Position numbers and translations under genes: made by a program. Shown here piece after piece: positions 1-9,271 of a DNA stretch of 32,669 bases. The notes under the pieces are model-generated. The model had not been told where the DNA came from, ran no database searches, and was given only the letters and a program-made list of their open reading frames with translations. How positions within the stretch are numbered: position 1 is the first letter of the stretch; each line of letters starts with the position of its first letter. The DNA is from Candidatus Thorarchaeota archaeon. GTDB lineage: Archaea; Asgardarchaeota; Thorarchaeia; Thorarchaeales; Thorarchaeaceae. The DNA lies in the NCBI GenBank assembly GCA_020348985.1, contig CP070761.1, positions 630,354 through 663,022 on the forward strand. The letters run 5' to 3'.

Positions 1-2327
1 CCAGTGTACACAACGACAAGCTGATCACTCCCATGACTCATGTTTCTGAATCTATGAATTTCACGTGGCATATCATTTGGCGTTGCTCCAGGCGAAGCGT
101 AGTTTAATGTCTTGATCATTGTAAGGTTGTTCGATTCATAGAGATTCAGACTTCCGTTGTCCCTGAGTATCCCAATCTGCGGGTCTACTCCATAAAGATT
201 CGCAACAGCATAATCCACGATTCTAGGACTGCCACTAAGAGTAGTGTTCGACCAAGAACTGAAGGCATTGTCTGCTCTAATCAAATAGAATACGGTATCA
301 TTGACTCCAACATAGACCATCTCGTCTATGCCATCTGAATCATCATCAGTAACTATCATTGCATGTTCTGTCATCACAGGCTGTATAGGATAGGATGCAT
401 TCTGCCAAGATGTAATATTGATGCCATGAAATGCGAAGACTCGAGTCATCGACCCATTGTATGAAGTTAGGACAGGATCGACCACACTGTCTCCATCAAG
501 ATTGCCCACATATACCTCAAAAACCTCGCCAGTGGATGTGTCAGTGAGGATAAACTCTGAGAGAAGCGTCCCATTTGGTGCAAAGGTCTTCAATGCAGCT
601 GTTCGTTTGATGGCATCGACAGCAACCATATAGATCTGACTGGTTCCCGCTGAATCATTTCCAACATCCATCACGTGGTGCATTGCATGGTCAAATGTGG
701 CATTGAGTGAGGCTCCCGAGAAAAAGTGTCCCTCGACAGTCAATGTTCTCGGATACGTCTCATTGCCGTAGAAGTAGCTGTTCAAGTAGGGGTCACTAAC
801 TTCAATGTAGTATAAGTAGTCACCAGGCTGCAGGGCCGTCTCAATGAATATGTACTTGCCATTCGGTGCTTCCGTCATTTCATTCGCCTGGAACAATGGT
901 ACTGTGGTTGCCGCAGGACGAATGTAGAGCGTAGCCCGTTCGATGTACATTTCGTCAGTCGCAGTGAGTTCGACCTTCAGATAGGGGTCGTAAAAAGTTG
1001 GATGTGAAGGATATATTGGGTCGAGACTAACACTTGGGGGGTCTTTGTCGCTTAGCAGAATGTTTACTTGGTCTGACAAGGCCACGATGTCTTCTCTGTC
1101 GTCTCCGTTTATGTCAAACGTAAGCACTTGTTCAAATGGACTCAGTATTCTTGGGTCTTCATAACCAATCAATCCATTGCTGCCCCTGATGAGAGCAATT
1201 TGCCCCCGGGGCCCCTCAATAGCGACATCAGTATACATATCAGAGTCCAACATTGCTGTTGAGAATCCCCTCGACCCCCTCGCTACTGAATAATCATCGG
1301 TGTACCAGAGGACTTTCCCATCAAATCCATCAACAAAGCAAACGGACGCATGGATGCCTCGCGCAACGACTAGATCTTCTTGCTGGTCATCTGTAAAATG
1401 ACCAACCTTCACATATGAATCACTAAGGACCTTCTGATCCCGCACTTCGAACCTTTGTGTCAAGTTGCCGTTCAAGCCCTCCAGGACGTTTTCCGCCTTG
1501 GAATGGTCCAACATTGTGACTGCAACATTGTCGAAGTCGGTGCCAAATCCGAAGCACTCGATATCAAACCCTCTTACACCAACAGCTGACTGAATTTGGT
1601 CAATGGATGTACCGTTACCATACATGGTGTGGATATTGGTTACTGGAGCACTGACAATGTTCCCTGTAAGAAACATGATTGCAATCTCGTCACCTATCTC
1701 AAGTGAGAAATTGCCCGGGCTTGCGTCAACCACTTCTCCTGAAGGAGGAGAGAAGAATCCAATAGGTGAACCATCACTCAAGTCCATCGTTATCAGACGA
1801 CCAGGCCCAAAAACTCCGGCGTCCATATCACCATCACCATTGAAATCGCCTATTATGACACCTAATGGATTGGAGACCGGAAAGAGGTACTCTGTCGAGG
1901 TAGTTGTATCGAAGTCTGCCACAACCAGAATCATGGTGGTTTTGTTGTCTAGCATAAAGAGAAACTCCGAGCTACCGTCATCATCGATATCGGCAGCAAC
2001 TAGAGTCTCGTGAAAGACAGTCCCATCACTGATCGGAATTGACGAATCAATTAGGCCTACTGGGTCCTTGAAGCGGATGAGCCCTTCGTGAACCCAGACA
2101 ACTCCTCGACCCAGTGAAGTGTTTCCGGCTGCCATAAATTTGACATCGTATGGTAGGTCCAGTCTGATGAGATTCGACGCGGGCATGAATTGCTCACTGG
2201 GATTCGTGACGTGAAGGGTCACGGATTCTTGCTCGGAATAGCTACAGCTAATGGGCAGAACTATGAGAGTCATGACCAAAAGAAATAGCGACATCTTCAC
2301 TACAGTGACCGTTCCTTTCGAATACAT
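1..2327 (-). CDS. Large secreted FG-GAP/VCBS-repeat (beta-propeller) surface protein; 3' end runs off the window, >775 aa
   Basis: Absent from the ORF track because it has no stop in the window. Manual translation from ATG 2327 gives MYSKGTVTVVKMSLFLLVMTLIVLPISCSYSE (signal peptide). Ca-binding FG-GAP-like motifs follow: AADIDDDGSSEFL, IGDFNGDGDMDAG, VGHFTDDQQEDLVV, FDINGDDREDIVA, VGNLDGDSVVDPV, DDDSDGIDEMV. An Ig-like segment (DKDPPSVSL...YLYYIEVSD) lies in the middle. The same frame reads FRNMSHGSDQLVVVYT at the window edge. Confidence 0.85.
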   Translation of the reverse strand, partial: MYSKGTVTVVKMSLFLLVMTLIVLPISCSYSEQESVTLHVTNPSEQFMPASNLIRLDLPYDVKFMAAGNTSLGRGVVWVHEGLIRFKDPVGLIDSSIPISDGTVFHETLVAADIDDDGSSEFLFMLDNKTTMILVVADFDTTTSTEYLFPVSNPLGVIIGDFNGDGDMDAGVFGPGRLITMDLSDGSPIGFFSPPSGEVVDASPGNFSLEIGDEIAIMFLTGNIVSAPVTNIHTMYGNGTSIDQIQSAVGVRGFDIECFGFGTDFDNVAVTMLDHSKAENVLEGLNGNLTQRFEVRDQKVLSDSYVKVGHFTDDQQEDLVVARGIHASVCFVDGFDGKVLWYTDDYSVARGSRGFSTAMLDSDMYTDVAIEGPRGQIALIRGSNGLIGYEDPRILSPFEQVLTFDINGDDREDIVALSDQVNILLSDKDPPSVSLDPIYPSHPTFYDPYLKVELTATDEMYIERATLYIRPAATTVPLFQANEMTEAPNGKYIFIETALQPGDYLYYIEVSDPYLNSYFYGNETYPRTLTVEGHFFSGASLNATFDHAMHHVMDVGNDSAGTSQIYMVAVDAIKRTAALKTFAPNGTLLSEFILTDTSTGEVFEVYVGNLDGDSVVDPVLTSYNGSMTRVFAFHGINITSWQNASYPIQPVMTEHAMIVTDDDSDGIDEMVYVGVNDTVFYLIRADNAFSSWSNTTLSGSPRIVDYAVANLYGVDPQIGILRDNGSLNLYESNNLTMIKTLNYASPGATPNDMPREIHRFRNMSHGSDQLVVVYT

Positions 2328-2698
2328 ACATACAGTAGACTTGTTGTCCACACGATTTTGGCTGGCTTTCATAAACATCATTCCAGTGAATTTGTTGTAT
2401 CCTATTTCGCCAGGGGACCGCTGTGCAAACCACTCTGATATCCTGCGGCGTGCATCTATGAATGACATCGAAGATATTTCAGGCTTAATATGACCTGATT
2501 CCTACGAAAAATCGAAAAGTTGACCAAGTTGGGCTCCTTTTCGCGAAAGGTCTCTACAGTTACCATCAAGAGCTCCCAATCGGTTCTGGGTGCCTCGTGA
2601 GCCAATGGTCGGCATACGTTAAAAGGCGGTGACCGTTCTGACCAACTGCAAGGATTGACATTCCACAAATCCTGAAGAGAAGCATCGCTGGTGATAGC

Positions 2699-3424
2699 TT
2701 GGCCGATAAGAAGTTCTCTCGTGATATGAAGGAGCTCCTGAGCCAGCTTGAACCAATAACAGACTCAGAAACCGTGCACCAACTCATCGAAATCAAGGAT
2801 CGCTTGGTCGAATTGAATCGAAAGAGACTCGTCAAGATAAACCATAGCGTGATGCAGGTTCTCTGTGCAAAGCACCTTATTGAACAAGGATACGATGTGA
2901 CGGTTGAACACCCTCTTGTTGGTGGGCAACTGAATGCAGACCTGTTTGCGATACGCGACCGAGAGCCTGAACTGGAACACAACATCGAAAGCGTCTTGAT
3001 ATCTGAACGTCTTGGACTTCCTGTGGAGAAAGAGGCTCTGGTCGTTGAGGTGGAAACAGGCTATGTTCCACCCAAGGCTGCGCTATATCCCTCACGATAT
3101 CGAAAAACCAGGATCGCTGCAAAGATTGCACGCTACTGTAGGTACAGTCACAGATTTGGCCTTGCTACGCCAAACTATCATGTTCTACAGATTCCGGAGA
3201 TTCTGCTCAAACCTCCAGAGCTTCGAGACATTGAGGAAATCCGACGCATTAAGGAGGAGTGCGATCAGATTTACAAGTCACCTCCCATTCTCCTCGATGC
3301 CCTTGCCATGTCTGAGACTGATTATGTCTACATAATCAATGTAGACCAAATCAATGTGACTCAATTGCCTCCACACGAGTATCTTGACACAGTTCTCCCG
3401 ACAAGGGGGCTGACATTTCACTGA
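2699..3424 (+). CDS. Conserved archaeal hypothetical protein, probable PD-(D/E)XK nuclease-like fold
   Basis: 241-aa ORF with TTG start and GGTG upstream. Motif order H..(helix)..GYDVTVEH..ADLFA..VVEVETG resembles restriction-endonuclease-like cores. Confidence 0.6.
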   Translation: MADKKFSRDMKELLSQLEPITDSETVHQLIEIKDRLVELNRKRLVKINHSVMQVLCAKHLIEQGYDVTVEHPLVGGQLNADLFAIRDREPELEHNIESVLISERLGLPVEKEALVVEVETGYVPPKAALYPSRYRKTRIAAKIARYCRYSHRFGLATPNYHVLQIPEILLKPPELRDIEEIRRIKEECDQIYKSPPILLDALAMSETDYVYIINVDQINVTQLPPHEYLDTVLPTRGLTFH

Positions 3425-3769
3425 CGAGAAGGCCGGAGACCTTATTACAATACTTGTATAATATTTTGAAGGCCGTCTGAGGAGTACGCTAACGATAGCG
3501 TCTAGGCTTGATGTGTTGAGCGGAGCCATAAATACAATCGAAAGTTGGCCGAGCGATTGAGACGACACATTGGGCAGATTGGCGAACGGTGACCCTGAGC
3601 GATGAAGTACCCGTTCAATGGTGCTATTCGCGACAAAGACAGTGTTGCCGGGTGAGAAGAATTGAGCCACTGTCGAGGCTTAGACTCAGGCGGCTTTCTT
3701 GCTTTTGCGTGACCTCCTGAACTTTGGGAAACACTAAAGCACTCGGTCGACCAGAGAAAATGAGTTTCA

Positions 3770-4078
3770 ATGTCCGATGAAGTGGAACTGATTGACGAAT
3801 TGAGAGAAGTCGCCACCCGGATCTTCACGGCCATCTTCGATGGTTCAGACTCAGTCGAAGTAGATGGCGAGATTTATCCAATTCGAAAGACGTCAAAGAG
3901 CAAGGTCAGACTTGTTGAAATCAAAGGATACACCTACATCGAACAGAATCCGCACAAGGACTCAAGATGGGCCAAAATGGCACAGGAAGGCCATCAAATC
4001 ATGTGGGTAATGCAAGGGCGCAGGTATCTAGTACGTATCATGGATGGGAAATTCCTGAACCTGAAGAGGAAGAAGTGA
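3770..4078 (+). CDS. Small hypothetical protein (IEQNPxKxSRWAK motif)
   Basis: 102-aa ORF, ATG start, protein-like composition, basic C-terminus. Confidence 0.75.
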   Translation: MSDEVELIDELREVATRIFTAIFDGSDSVEVDGEIYPIRKTSKSKVRLVEIKGYTYIEQNPHKDSRWAKMAQEGHQIMWVMQGRRYLVRIMDGKFLNLKRKK

Positions 4079-4316
4079 CAGACTCGATTTTCAAGAGTGA
4101 CAGATTATACCTTATTCAGCCGGTGACCACAAACTTAACAACAGGGAATGTTCTAGAATTCAATTGGTCATTTCATTTGCTTCTCTCGCTCTCTGGCTTA
4201 CCAGGTGACAGATGTGCATATCCCTGTTTGTCTTGTCTGAAAGGCAGAAGGCCAATTACAGCTGTCTTATGTGCTTGCGCGTTGTCAGTATACTATACGA
4301 ATTTGGAGCCAGTCTA

Positions 4317-5018
4317 ATGGATTTTCCCGATGATTTGAGGTCTGCAGAGGAAACTGTGAAGAAGGCAGAGATAGAGTTTCTTGCTGGAAATGATGGAATA
4401 GCTGAAGCACTGTTAGTAGAAATATCAACAGGAACCTTTGCCACTGATGCCGAGACAGCACGAGAACGGATGCAGAATCTGGACGAGTCTCGCTATGTGA
4501 AATGGAGTCGCTGGGAGAAGAGATTTGAATTCTCAGCTGCATTCTGGAAGGATGAGGGATATCCGAGGATTGACACCACGACACTTCAAGCTAGAAATCC
4601 CGATTGGTATTCAAAGAGAACAGGAACTGCAGCATTCGTGAAAGATCTAATGATTCATCGAGATGTATTGGCACCTACTGTTGATGGCACGCAGAAAGGA
4701 ACTCCGACACCTCCAGGTGAACCATCTAACAGATGGTTGCTTGATTTTGTAGCTCTCTCCAGCCTGCGTCTATCTTTTAAGAGCCATTGGGAGCAGTTGG
4801 TAGGAGATATTGTGAAGAAACGATCCCAGACCAGCTTGGTGCTCGTAGCCGAACGGCTAGGTCTGACAATCTCAGAGATTCTTGATATCGCCCGTAGAGT
4901 CAGGGATTTTGATGACCGGGTTGTTGAGCGTGATGTGGGCGATTCCACCAAGAATCTGATGTATCTATGTAGAAAACCCGACCCCAGTTTGACCCCTCTG
5001 GTAGACATAACCGGGTGA
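4317..5018 (+). CDS. Hypothetical protein
   Basis: ORF 4212-5018. The likely start is ATG 4317 (MDFPDD), preceded by GGAG. No recognisable family. Confidence 0.7.
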   Translation: MDFPDDLRSAEETVKKAEIEFLAGNDGIAEALLVEISTGTFATDAETARERMQNLDESRYVKWSRWEKRFEFSAAFWKDEGYPRIDTTTLQARNPDWYSKRTGTAAFVKDLMIHRDVLAPTVDGTQKGTPTPPGEPSNRWLLDFVALSSLRLSFKSHWEQLVGDIVKKRSQTSLVLVAERLGLTISEILDIARRVRDFDDRVVERDVGDSTKNLMYLCRKPDPSLTPLVDITG

Positions 5019-5084
5019 AACTTCACATCCTGTTCTAGGCGCATCTGCAAAAGAAGAATCTACATCGTTTCTCCTCTAAACAAG

Positions 5085-5315
5085 GCAAGCACGTCCGAAG
5101 AAATTGCCAATGGTCTCCGCGAAGATGGCGTTGATGTTCACATTTCAAATGCGAAGACGGAGAGAGTAGAAACCATCTCTGACTCTGAACTTGTTATTGT
5201 TGGGAGCGGCATGCAGGTCATAACGAAGGAAGGCATTCCTCTTGACGAAGAGACAGTTGCGCTTCTGGCCCAGTATTCGGAGGCTTTCGAGATGGTCTTT
5301 GATTTCAGTGTGTGA
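5085..5315 (+). pseudogene. Chimeric remnant: flavodoxin (Flavodoxin_5/HemG-like) fragment joined to an Ldh_2-like C-terminal tail
   Basis: Manual translation with no upstream start: ASTSEEIANGLREDGVDVHISNAKTERVETISDSELVIVGSGMQ (flavodoxin alpha1 to beta3), then ITKEGIPLDEETVALLAQYSEAFEMVFDFSV*. Confidence 0.6.
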
Positions 5316-5496
5316 ATCAACAAGAGTATGTGACCTGTCTTTCCTAAGAATGTCTACCTTTCATCCAGATGTAATAAGGAACGATTGGCAGAAGCTGCTC
5401 TCCTCTTTGAGACTCCAGACACACCAAAAGGAACGAACTTCCCTTATATGGTCTCTAAAGGAATACCGTCCTTTGGGCACAAGGGACGGATGCGGA

Positions 5497-6741
5497 TTGT
5501 CTAATCAAAAGAGCCCAATAGAGAGGGCAAAGAGGCTATGGACACTTCTTACTGAACCTCATTCCTCAGTGCAGGGTATGAGGAAAAGACAGCAGGCAAG
5601 GCTACTTTCAACACTACTCTTGCTGGCAATCCCAGTCTTCGCCTTTGTCCAATTCACAAGTGAGCTCATCGTTGAGGCCACTCTAACCTACCTCGGCGCC
5701 TCGATTGCTGTGTTCATCATCTATCTAGGGACAAGAACCCGATACTATGACTTATCGTTAACCCTGACATTGATTGGCTTCACCATCGTTCCAACTCTGA
5801 TTTTTCTGTTTGGGACACGTTGGAGCCCTAATGATTTGCCTCGACTGATGGTATGGTTCTTTGTGGCACAAGCAGGGGGCCTGTTGCTCACTCGAACCTT
5901 GGTTGTCCTCCTGCAAGGGATTACGATGACATCTATGATGTCATTCATAGTGTTGGTGGTTTTTGGAGTTCCATTCAATGAGTTCGACAATCATCTAGGC
6001 ACCTCAATCATAATCACTTCCTTCTTGCTGGTTGCATCCTACATGCTCGAATCTTATATCAAGCAACTCGATTATCACAGGGCCGAATCGGATCTCAAAG
6101 CAAGAGAACTGGAGGTGTACACTCAACTCCTTCGACATGATCTTCGAAATGACCTTCAAGCTATACTGAACTCAATCGAGCTTGCCGAGATGCTCCTTGA
6201 GATAAGCGAGGACCAGGTAAGAACAAACCTTACACAGTCTCTCAATCTGGGAAATAGAATGGCTCAGCTGTTGCAGATCTTCTCCATGCCTCTTGAGCAG
6301 CCCGGCTTGAATCTGTTGGAGCACATCAAAGAGATGGCTATGCAGTCTCAAGAAACCTATAGCAATCTTAAGATTGAGATTCATTGTACGAATGATGTTC
6401 AGAATAGAACCTTCACTGCTAGTAGACTCCTGCCTATGGTATGGACGAACATCTTTCGTAATTCTGCTCAATACTGTGGGGATCCCTCCATTGTCAATGT
6501 CACGGTGTCAGTCGACGAGGACGCTTTCCTGATATCGATTAGCGATAATGGGCCAGGAATACCAGAAGGAGAGAAGGAATGGCTTTTCAAGAGGGGTTCG
6601 AATTCAAATTCTGGCGAGGGTGGCGTAGGCCTATATCTCTCAAGAATCGTATTGGAATCCCACAACGGATCGATTCATCTGGCCGAGAATAAAGGAAATG
6701 GTGCTGAGTTCATAGTTAGAATTCCTTTCAGTCCTCTCTAG
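5497..6741 (+). CDS. Membrane-bound sensor histidine kinase (HisKA + HATPase_c)
   Basis: About 6 TM segments; H-box LRHDLRNDLQ, N-box NIFRNSAQY, G1 DNGPGI, F-box LFKRG, G2 GGVGLYLS. The ORF track start is 5242; TTG 5497, downstream of a TTATA box at ~5444, is more plausible. Confidence 0.9.
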   Translation: MSNQKSPIERAKRLWTLLTEPHSSVQGMRKRQQARLLSTLLLLAIPVFAFVQFTSELIVEATLTYLGASIAVFIIYLGTRTRYYDLSLTLTLIGFTIVPTLIFLFGTRWSPNDLPRLMVWFFVAQAGGLLLTRTLVVLLQGITMTSMMSFIVLVVFGVPFNEFDNHLGTSIIITSFLLVASYMLESYIKQLDYHRAESDLKARELEVYTQLLRHDLRNDLQAILNSIELAEMLLEISEDQVRTNLTQSLNLGNRMAQLLQIFSMPLEQPGLNLLEHIKEMAMQSQETYSNLKIEIHCTNDVQNRTFTASRLLPMVWTNIFRNSAQYCGDPSIVNVTVSVDEDAFLISISDNGPGIPEGEKEWLFKRGSNSNSGEGGVGLYLSRIVLESHNGSIHLAENKGNGAEFIVRIPFSPL

Positions 6742-6765
6742 TTGCCCATCTCGGACCCCTAGGCG

Positions 6766-6995
6766 TCACCTATTTCGCATAACAACCACGGCAATTGCAA
6801 TGATGGCCGCTATGTCAACACCTCTAGTCAATAGGATAAGTCATAGACGTTTGACCGAATCGCACCAGAGTCATGTCCCACGTAATTGTAGTGAGCGTAG
6901 GCCTTGTTGCCTGTATAGCTCGGATCCATTTCCATCATATACTCATGATTGTCCTCATAGCAATCTGGGACACAAGCAGTGCTGTCTTCTGCAAT
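6766..6995 (-). pseudogene. Remnant of the 3' end of a membrane-anchored surface protein
   Basis: Minus strand reads IAEDSTACVPDCYEDNHEYMMEMDPSYTGNKAYAHYNY..., then in another frame LLTRGVDIAAIIAIAVVVMRNR* (TM helix plus basic tail). No convincing start. Confidence 0.4.
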
Positions 6996-7841
6996 TCACT
7001 CTAGCATGTCGATGTAGAACTTGTACCTGAAGTACTCCTTGAAGCCCAGTCTTGGATAGACTTTCATCCCCATCTCAGTAGAGCAGAGCGTAGCAATCTC
7101 GTACCCCTTTCTCTGTCCATCCATTATGGCAGCGAGAGAAACAAGGGAGCCAATACCCTTGCCCCTGTGTTTTTCCATTGTTCCAACAGAATAGAGACCC
7201 ACAACTCCATTCCGCAGGACCGAAAGCGAAGCTCCGACTGGCTCATCATCAATCTCAGCCAGGATGACATTAGAGTATTCTGTGTCAGTAAGCAGGCGTT
7301 TGCACGACTTTTGATATGCGGAGCAGGCTTCCTCTGTCCATCCAGAAGTCCCCCTGAAGACCTCCATCCACTCCTCAAACTTCGTATCCGTTGTCACTTT
7401 CGTCACTGTGGCTCCGGATCTACTCATCAAGTCAGAAATGTGGGTTTCGTCCAATCGTCGCAAGTCCATAGCCATGGCCGGACTGTCCCATTCCCCCTTG
7501 ACTAGTCCATTCTCTATGAGCAGATTCTCAATCTCTGGAGGTGAGCTAGAGGCACTAATCCACCACATATGAGGGACTTTTCGGGATCTGAAGAACTCAA
7601 TCTGTTCATCCACTCTGCTCTCCAGCTCATTTGGTGGAACACTCAACACATAGACACCATTCTCCACTGGGAACATGATGCCAGTGTAGTATCGTACCAT
7701 GTCCTCGCGCTTGTCAATCTGTGGTTTGTACGGCTCGGGCACATGACTCATATCTTCATCGATAAGCGTGAGCAAGTTGCCTTCTATGCCGCTGATGATT
7801 GCCTCATCAGAATGGTCTTCTAAAATATCGTTTGAAGTCAT
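6996..7841 (-). CDS. GNAT family N-acetyltransferase
   Basis: Acetyl-CoA motif A VGTMEKHRGKGIGS and motif B GMKVYPRLGF. Confidence 0.9.
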   Translation of the reverse strand: MTSNDILEDHSDEAIISGIEGNLLTLIDEDMSHVPEPYKPQIDKREDMVRYYTGIMFPVENGVYVLSVPPNELESRVDEQIEFFRSRKVPHMWWISASSSPPEIENLLIENGLVKGEWDSPAMAMDLRRLDETHISDLMSRSGATVTKVTTDTKFEEWMEVFRGTSGWTEEACSAYQKSCKRLLTDTEYSNVILAEIDDEPVGASLSVLRNGVVGLYSVGTMEKHRGKGIGSLVSLAAIMDGQRKGYEIATLCSTEMGMKVYPRLGFKEYFRYKFYIDMLE

Positions 7842-7963
7842 TTCTGATTCACTTCTCTAACCATCCAAAAGAGTAAATGAAAACCATCTAATCAATCATA
7901 CCCAAATTCTCCTCACAGATTCCGAGCTAGACATTCTTAGCAAGGCCACAATTCAACCTGATT

Positions 7964-8518
7964 GTGATGAACATGGACTTGGATGAGGCAATCAAGGGCA
8001 GACGAAGCATTCGAGTGTTCAAGAGTGATGATATACCTGTTGAGCACATAGAATCCGTTTTGGAAGCGGCTACCTTTGCGCCGTCAGCCAAGAATGGTCA
8101 GCAATGGAGGTTTACAATCCTTAGAGACGAAGCGAAGGACAAATTCACAGATTGGTTCATGGACCATCTTCTAAGTATGAGAAAGAAACATGGTGACACG
8201 TTCATGGGCTCTGCCATTCCCTCCTGTGAGATAATGAACGAGGCTCCAGTTTCAATCATCGTATGGAACACGAACGAGTTCGGATGGCTCACAGAGCATC
8301 AGAGTGTTGCAGCAGCTATACAGAACATGCTCTTGAAGGCGTACTCTCTTGGCATTGGATCGCTTTGGATTGGTGACATCTTCTATGCCGAACGAAGGAT
8401 ACCTGGCTACTTCAACAAGAGTTGGGCACTAGCTGCGGCAGTTGTCTTGGGGTGGCCTGCTGAGAATCCTGGACCAAGACCAAGACTCAGTGTTGACGAA
8501 GTTGCTGAATTCCTGTAA
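7964..8518 (+). CDS. Nitroreductase family protein (FMN-dependent)
   Basis: RRSIRVF, APSAKNGQQWRF, AAIQNMLLKAYSLGIGSLWIG. Confidence 0.93.
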   Translation: MMNMDLDEAIKGRRSIRVFKSDDIPVEHIESVLEAATFAPSAKNGQQWRFTILRDEAKDKFTDWFMDHLLSMRKKHGDTFMGSAIPSCEIMNEAPVSIIVWNTNEFGWLTEHQSVAAAIQNMLLKAYSLGIGSLWIGDIFYAERRIPGYFNKSWALAAAVVLGWPAENPGPRPRLSVDEVAEFL

Positions 8519-8520
8519 TT

Positions 8521-9135
8521 TCATGACTTCAGTATTTCGAAGAATATGCCTAGAGCGAGATTGACAAACTCATCGTCATCTCCAAAATACCCCGGGAAGA
8601 TGATTTGGTAGGTCATCAGCAGCCCAACCAGCCTCTGAATTACTTCTTGCTTGTGCGCCAGCTTGCCAAGAGTGGCTGCTCTTGACTCCGATGCTTTCAA
8701 CATGACGTCAGAAAGCACTCCCATTGCCTGCTGTAGTCCGTCCGTATTCTGGTACTTCTTGACAAACTCTAGGTATTCGTCTGGGTTTGCAAACATCTCA
8801 CTTTGGATTGCAGAAAGAAAATGTCGGTCTGGCCTACGAAGTTCTATGACTTTCTTGAAGATCCAACGAAGTACATCATCAAGGCTCCTGCCTTTCTCAA
8901 TGATTTCGTCTACACTTGACTGTCGCTGAAACTCCTCCACAAATCCCTCAGTTCTTCGAGACATGATCTCAGCAAGAATGTCAACCTTTCCTTTTGGGAA
9001 GTGATAGTAGAGCGTTCCTACGCTCACCTTCGCAACGTAGGCCACCTCGTTCACGTTGAGTTCGAAGTAGCCTTTCTTCTCGATTAGTTCCTGAGCAGTC
9101 TCAACAATCGATTGCCTGGCCTTAGATTTCCTCAT
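8521..9135 (-). CDS. TetR/AcrR family transcriptional regulator
   Basis: N-terminal HTH GYFELNVNEVAYVAKVSVGTLYYHFPKGK; divergent from the amidohydrolase. Confidence 0.93.
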   Translation of the reverse strand: MRKSKARQSIVETAQELIEKKGYFELNVNEVAYVAKVSVGTLYYHFPKGKVDILAEIMSRRTEGFVEEFQRQSSVDEIIEKGRSLDDVLRWIFKKVIELRRPDRHFLSAIQSEMFANPDEYLEFVKKYQNTDGLQQAMGVLSDVMLKASESRAATLGKLAHKQEVIQRLVGLLMTYQIIFPGYFGDDDEFVNLALGIFFEILKS

Positions 9136-9170
9136 TTTCGACGTTGGATACTGCTCATATCGATATAAAG

Positions 9171-9255
9171 AACTCGAATTCGAGTCATATTCGAAAACCC
9201 TATAAGCCTTGGAAGTGGATACTAGTATGAAATCGAATTCGAGTCGAACTCGAAC
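9171..9255. promoter_or_regulatory. Twin palindromic operator (probable TetR sites) in the divergent promoter
   Basis: TTCGAGT-N3-A(C/T)TCGAA occurs at 9179-9195 and 9238-9254. The 13-mer TCGAATTCGAGTC is repeated exactly at 9174 and 9233. A perfect palindrome ACTCGAATTCGAGT spans 9172-9185. TATA-like boxes lie at ~9200 (+) and ~9163-9169 (-). Confidence 0.75.
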
Positions 9256-9271
9256 ATTATGGTGAAAGATA

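Noticed and set aside
1603-2013. 136-aa plus-strand ORF, and the many other short antisense ORFs in the track (e.g. 9547-9960, 24641-25162, 32080-32361)
   Set aside because: They are shadows of well-supported genes on the opposite strand and have Ser/Pro-rich, non-protein-like composition.
2436-2493. DILRRASMNDIEDISGLI* resembles a GNAT N-terminus (another possible remnant)
   Set aside because: Under 20 residues; too short to support by eye.
3430-3765. Long intergenic region considered as an ncRNA or small gene
   Set aside because: No recognisable tRNA, SRP or RNase P structure and no convincing ORF; an Rfam/Infernal search is needed.
5242-5496. 85-aa N-terminal extension of the histidine kinase
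   Set aside because: It overlaps the flavodoxin remnant and a TATA box, so it is probably a chance open frame.
9171-9255. Repeated TCGAA motifs as a mini CRISPR or tandem repeat
   Set aside because: Only two units, located in a divergent promoter, with no cas genes; better explained as operators.
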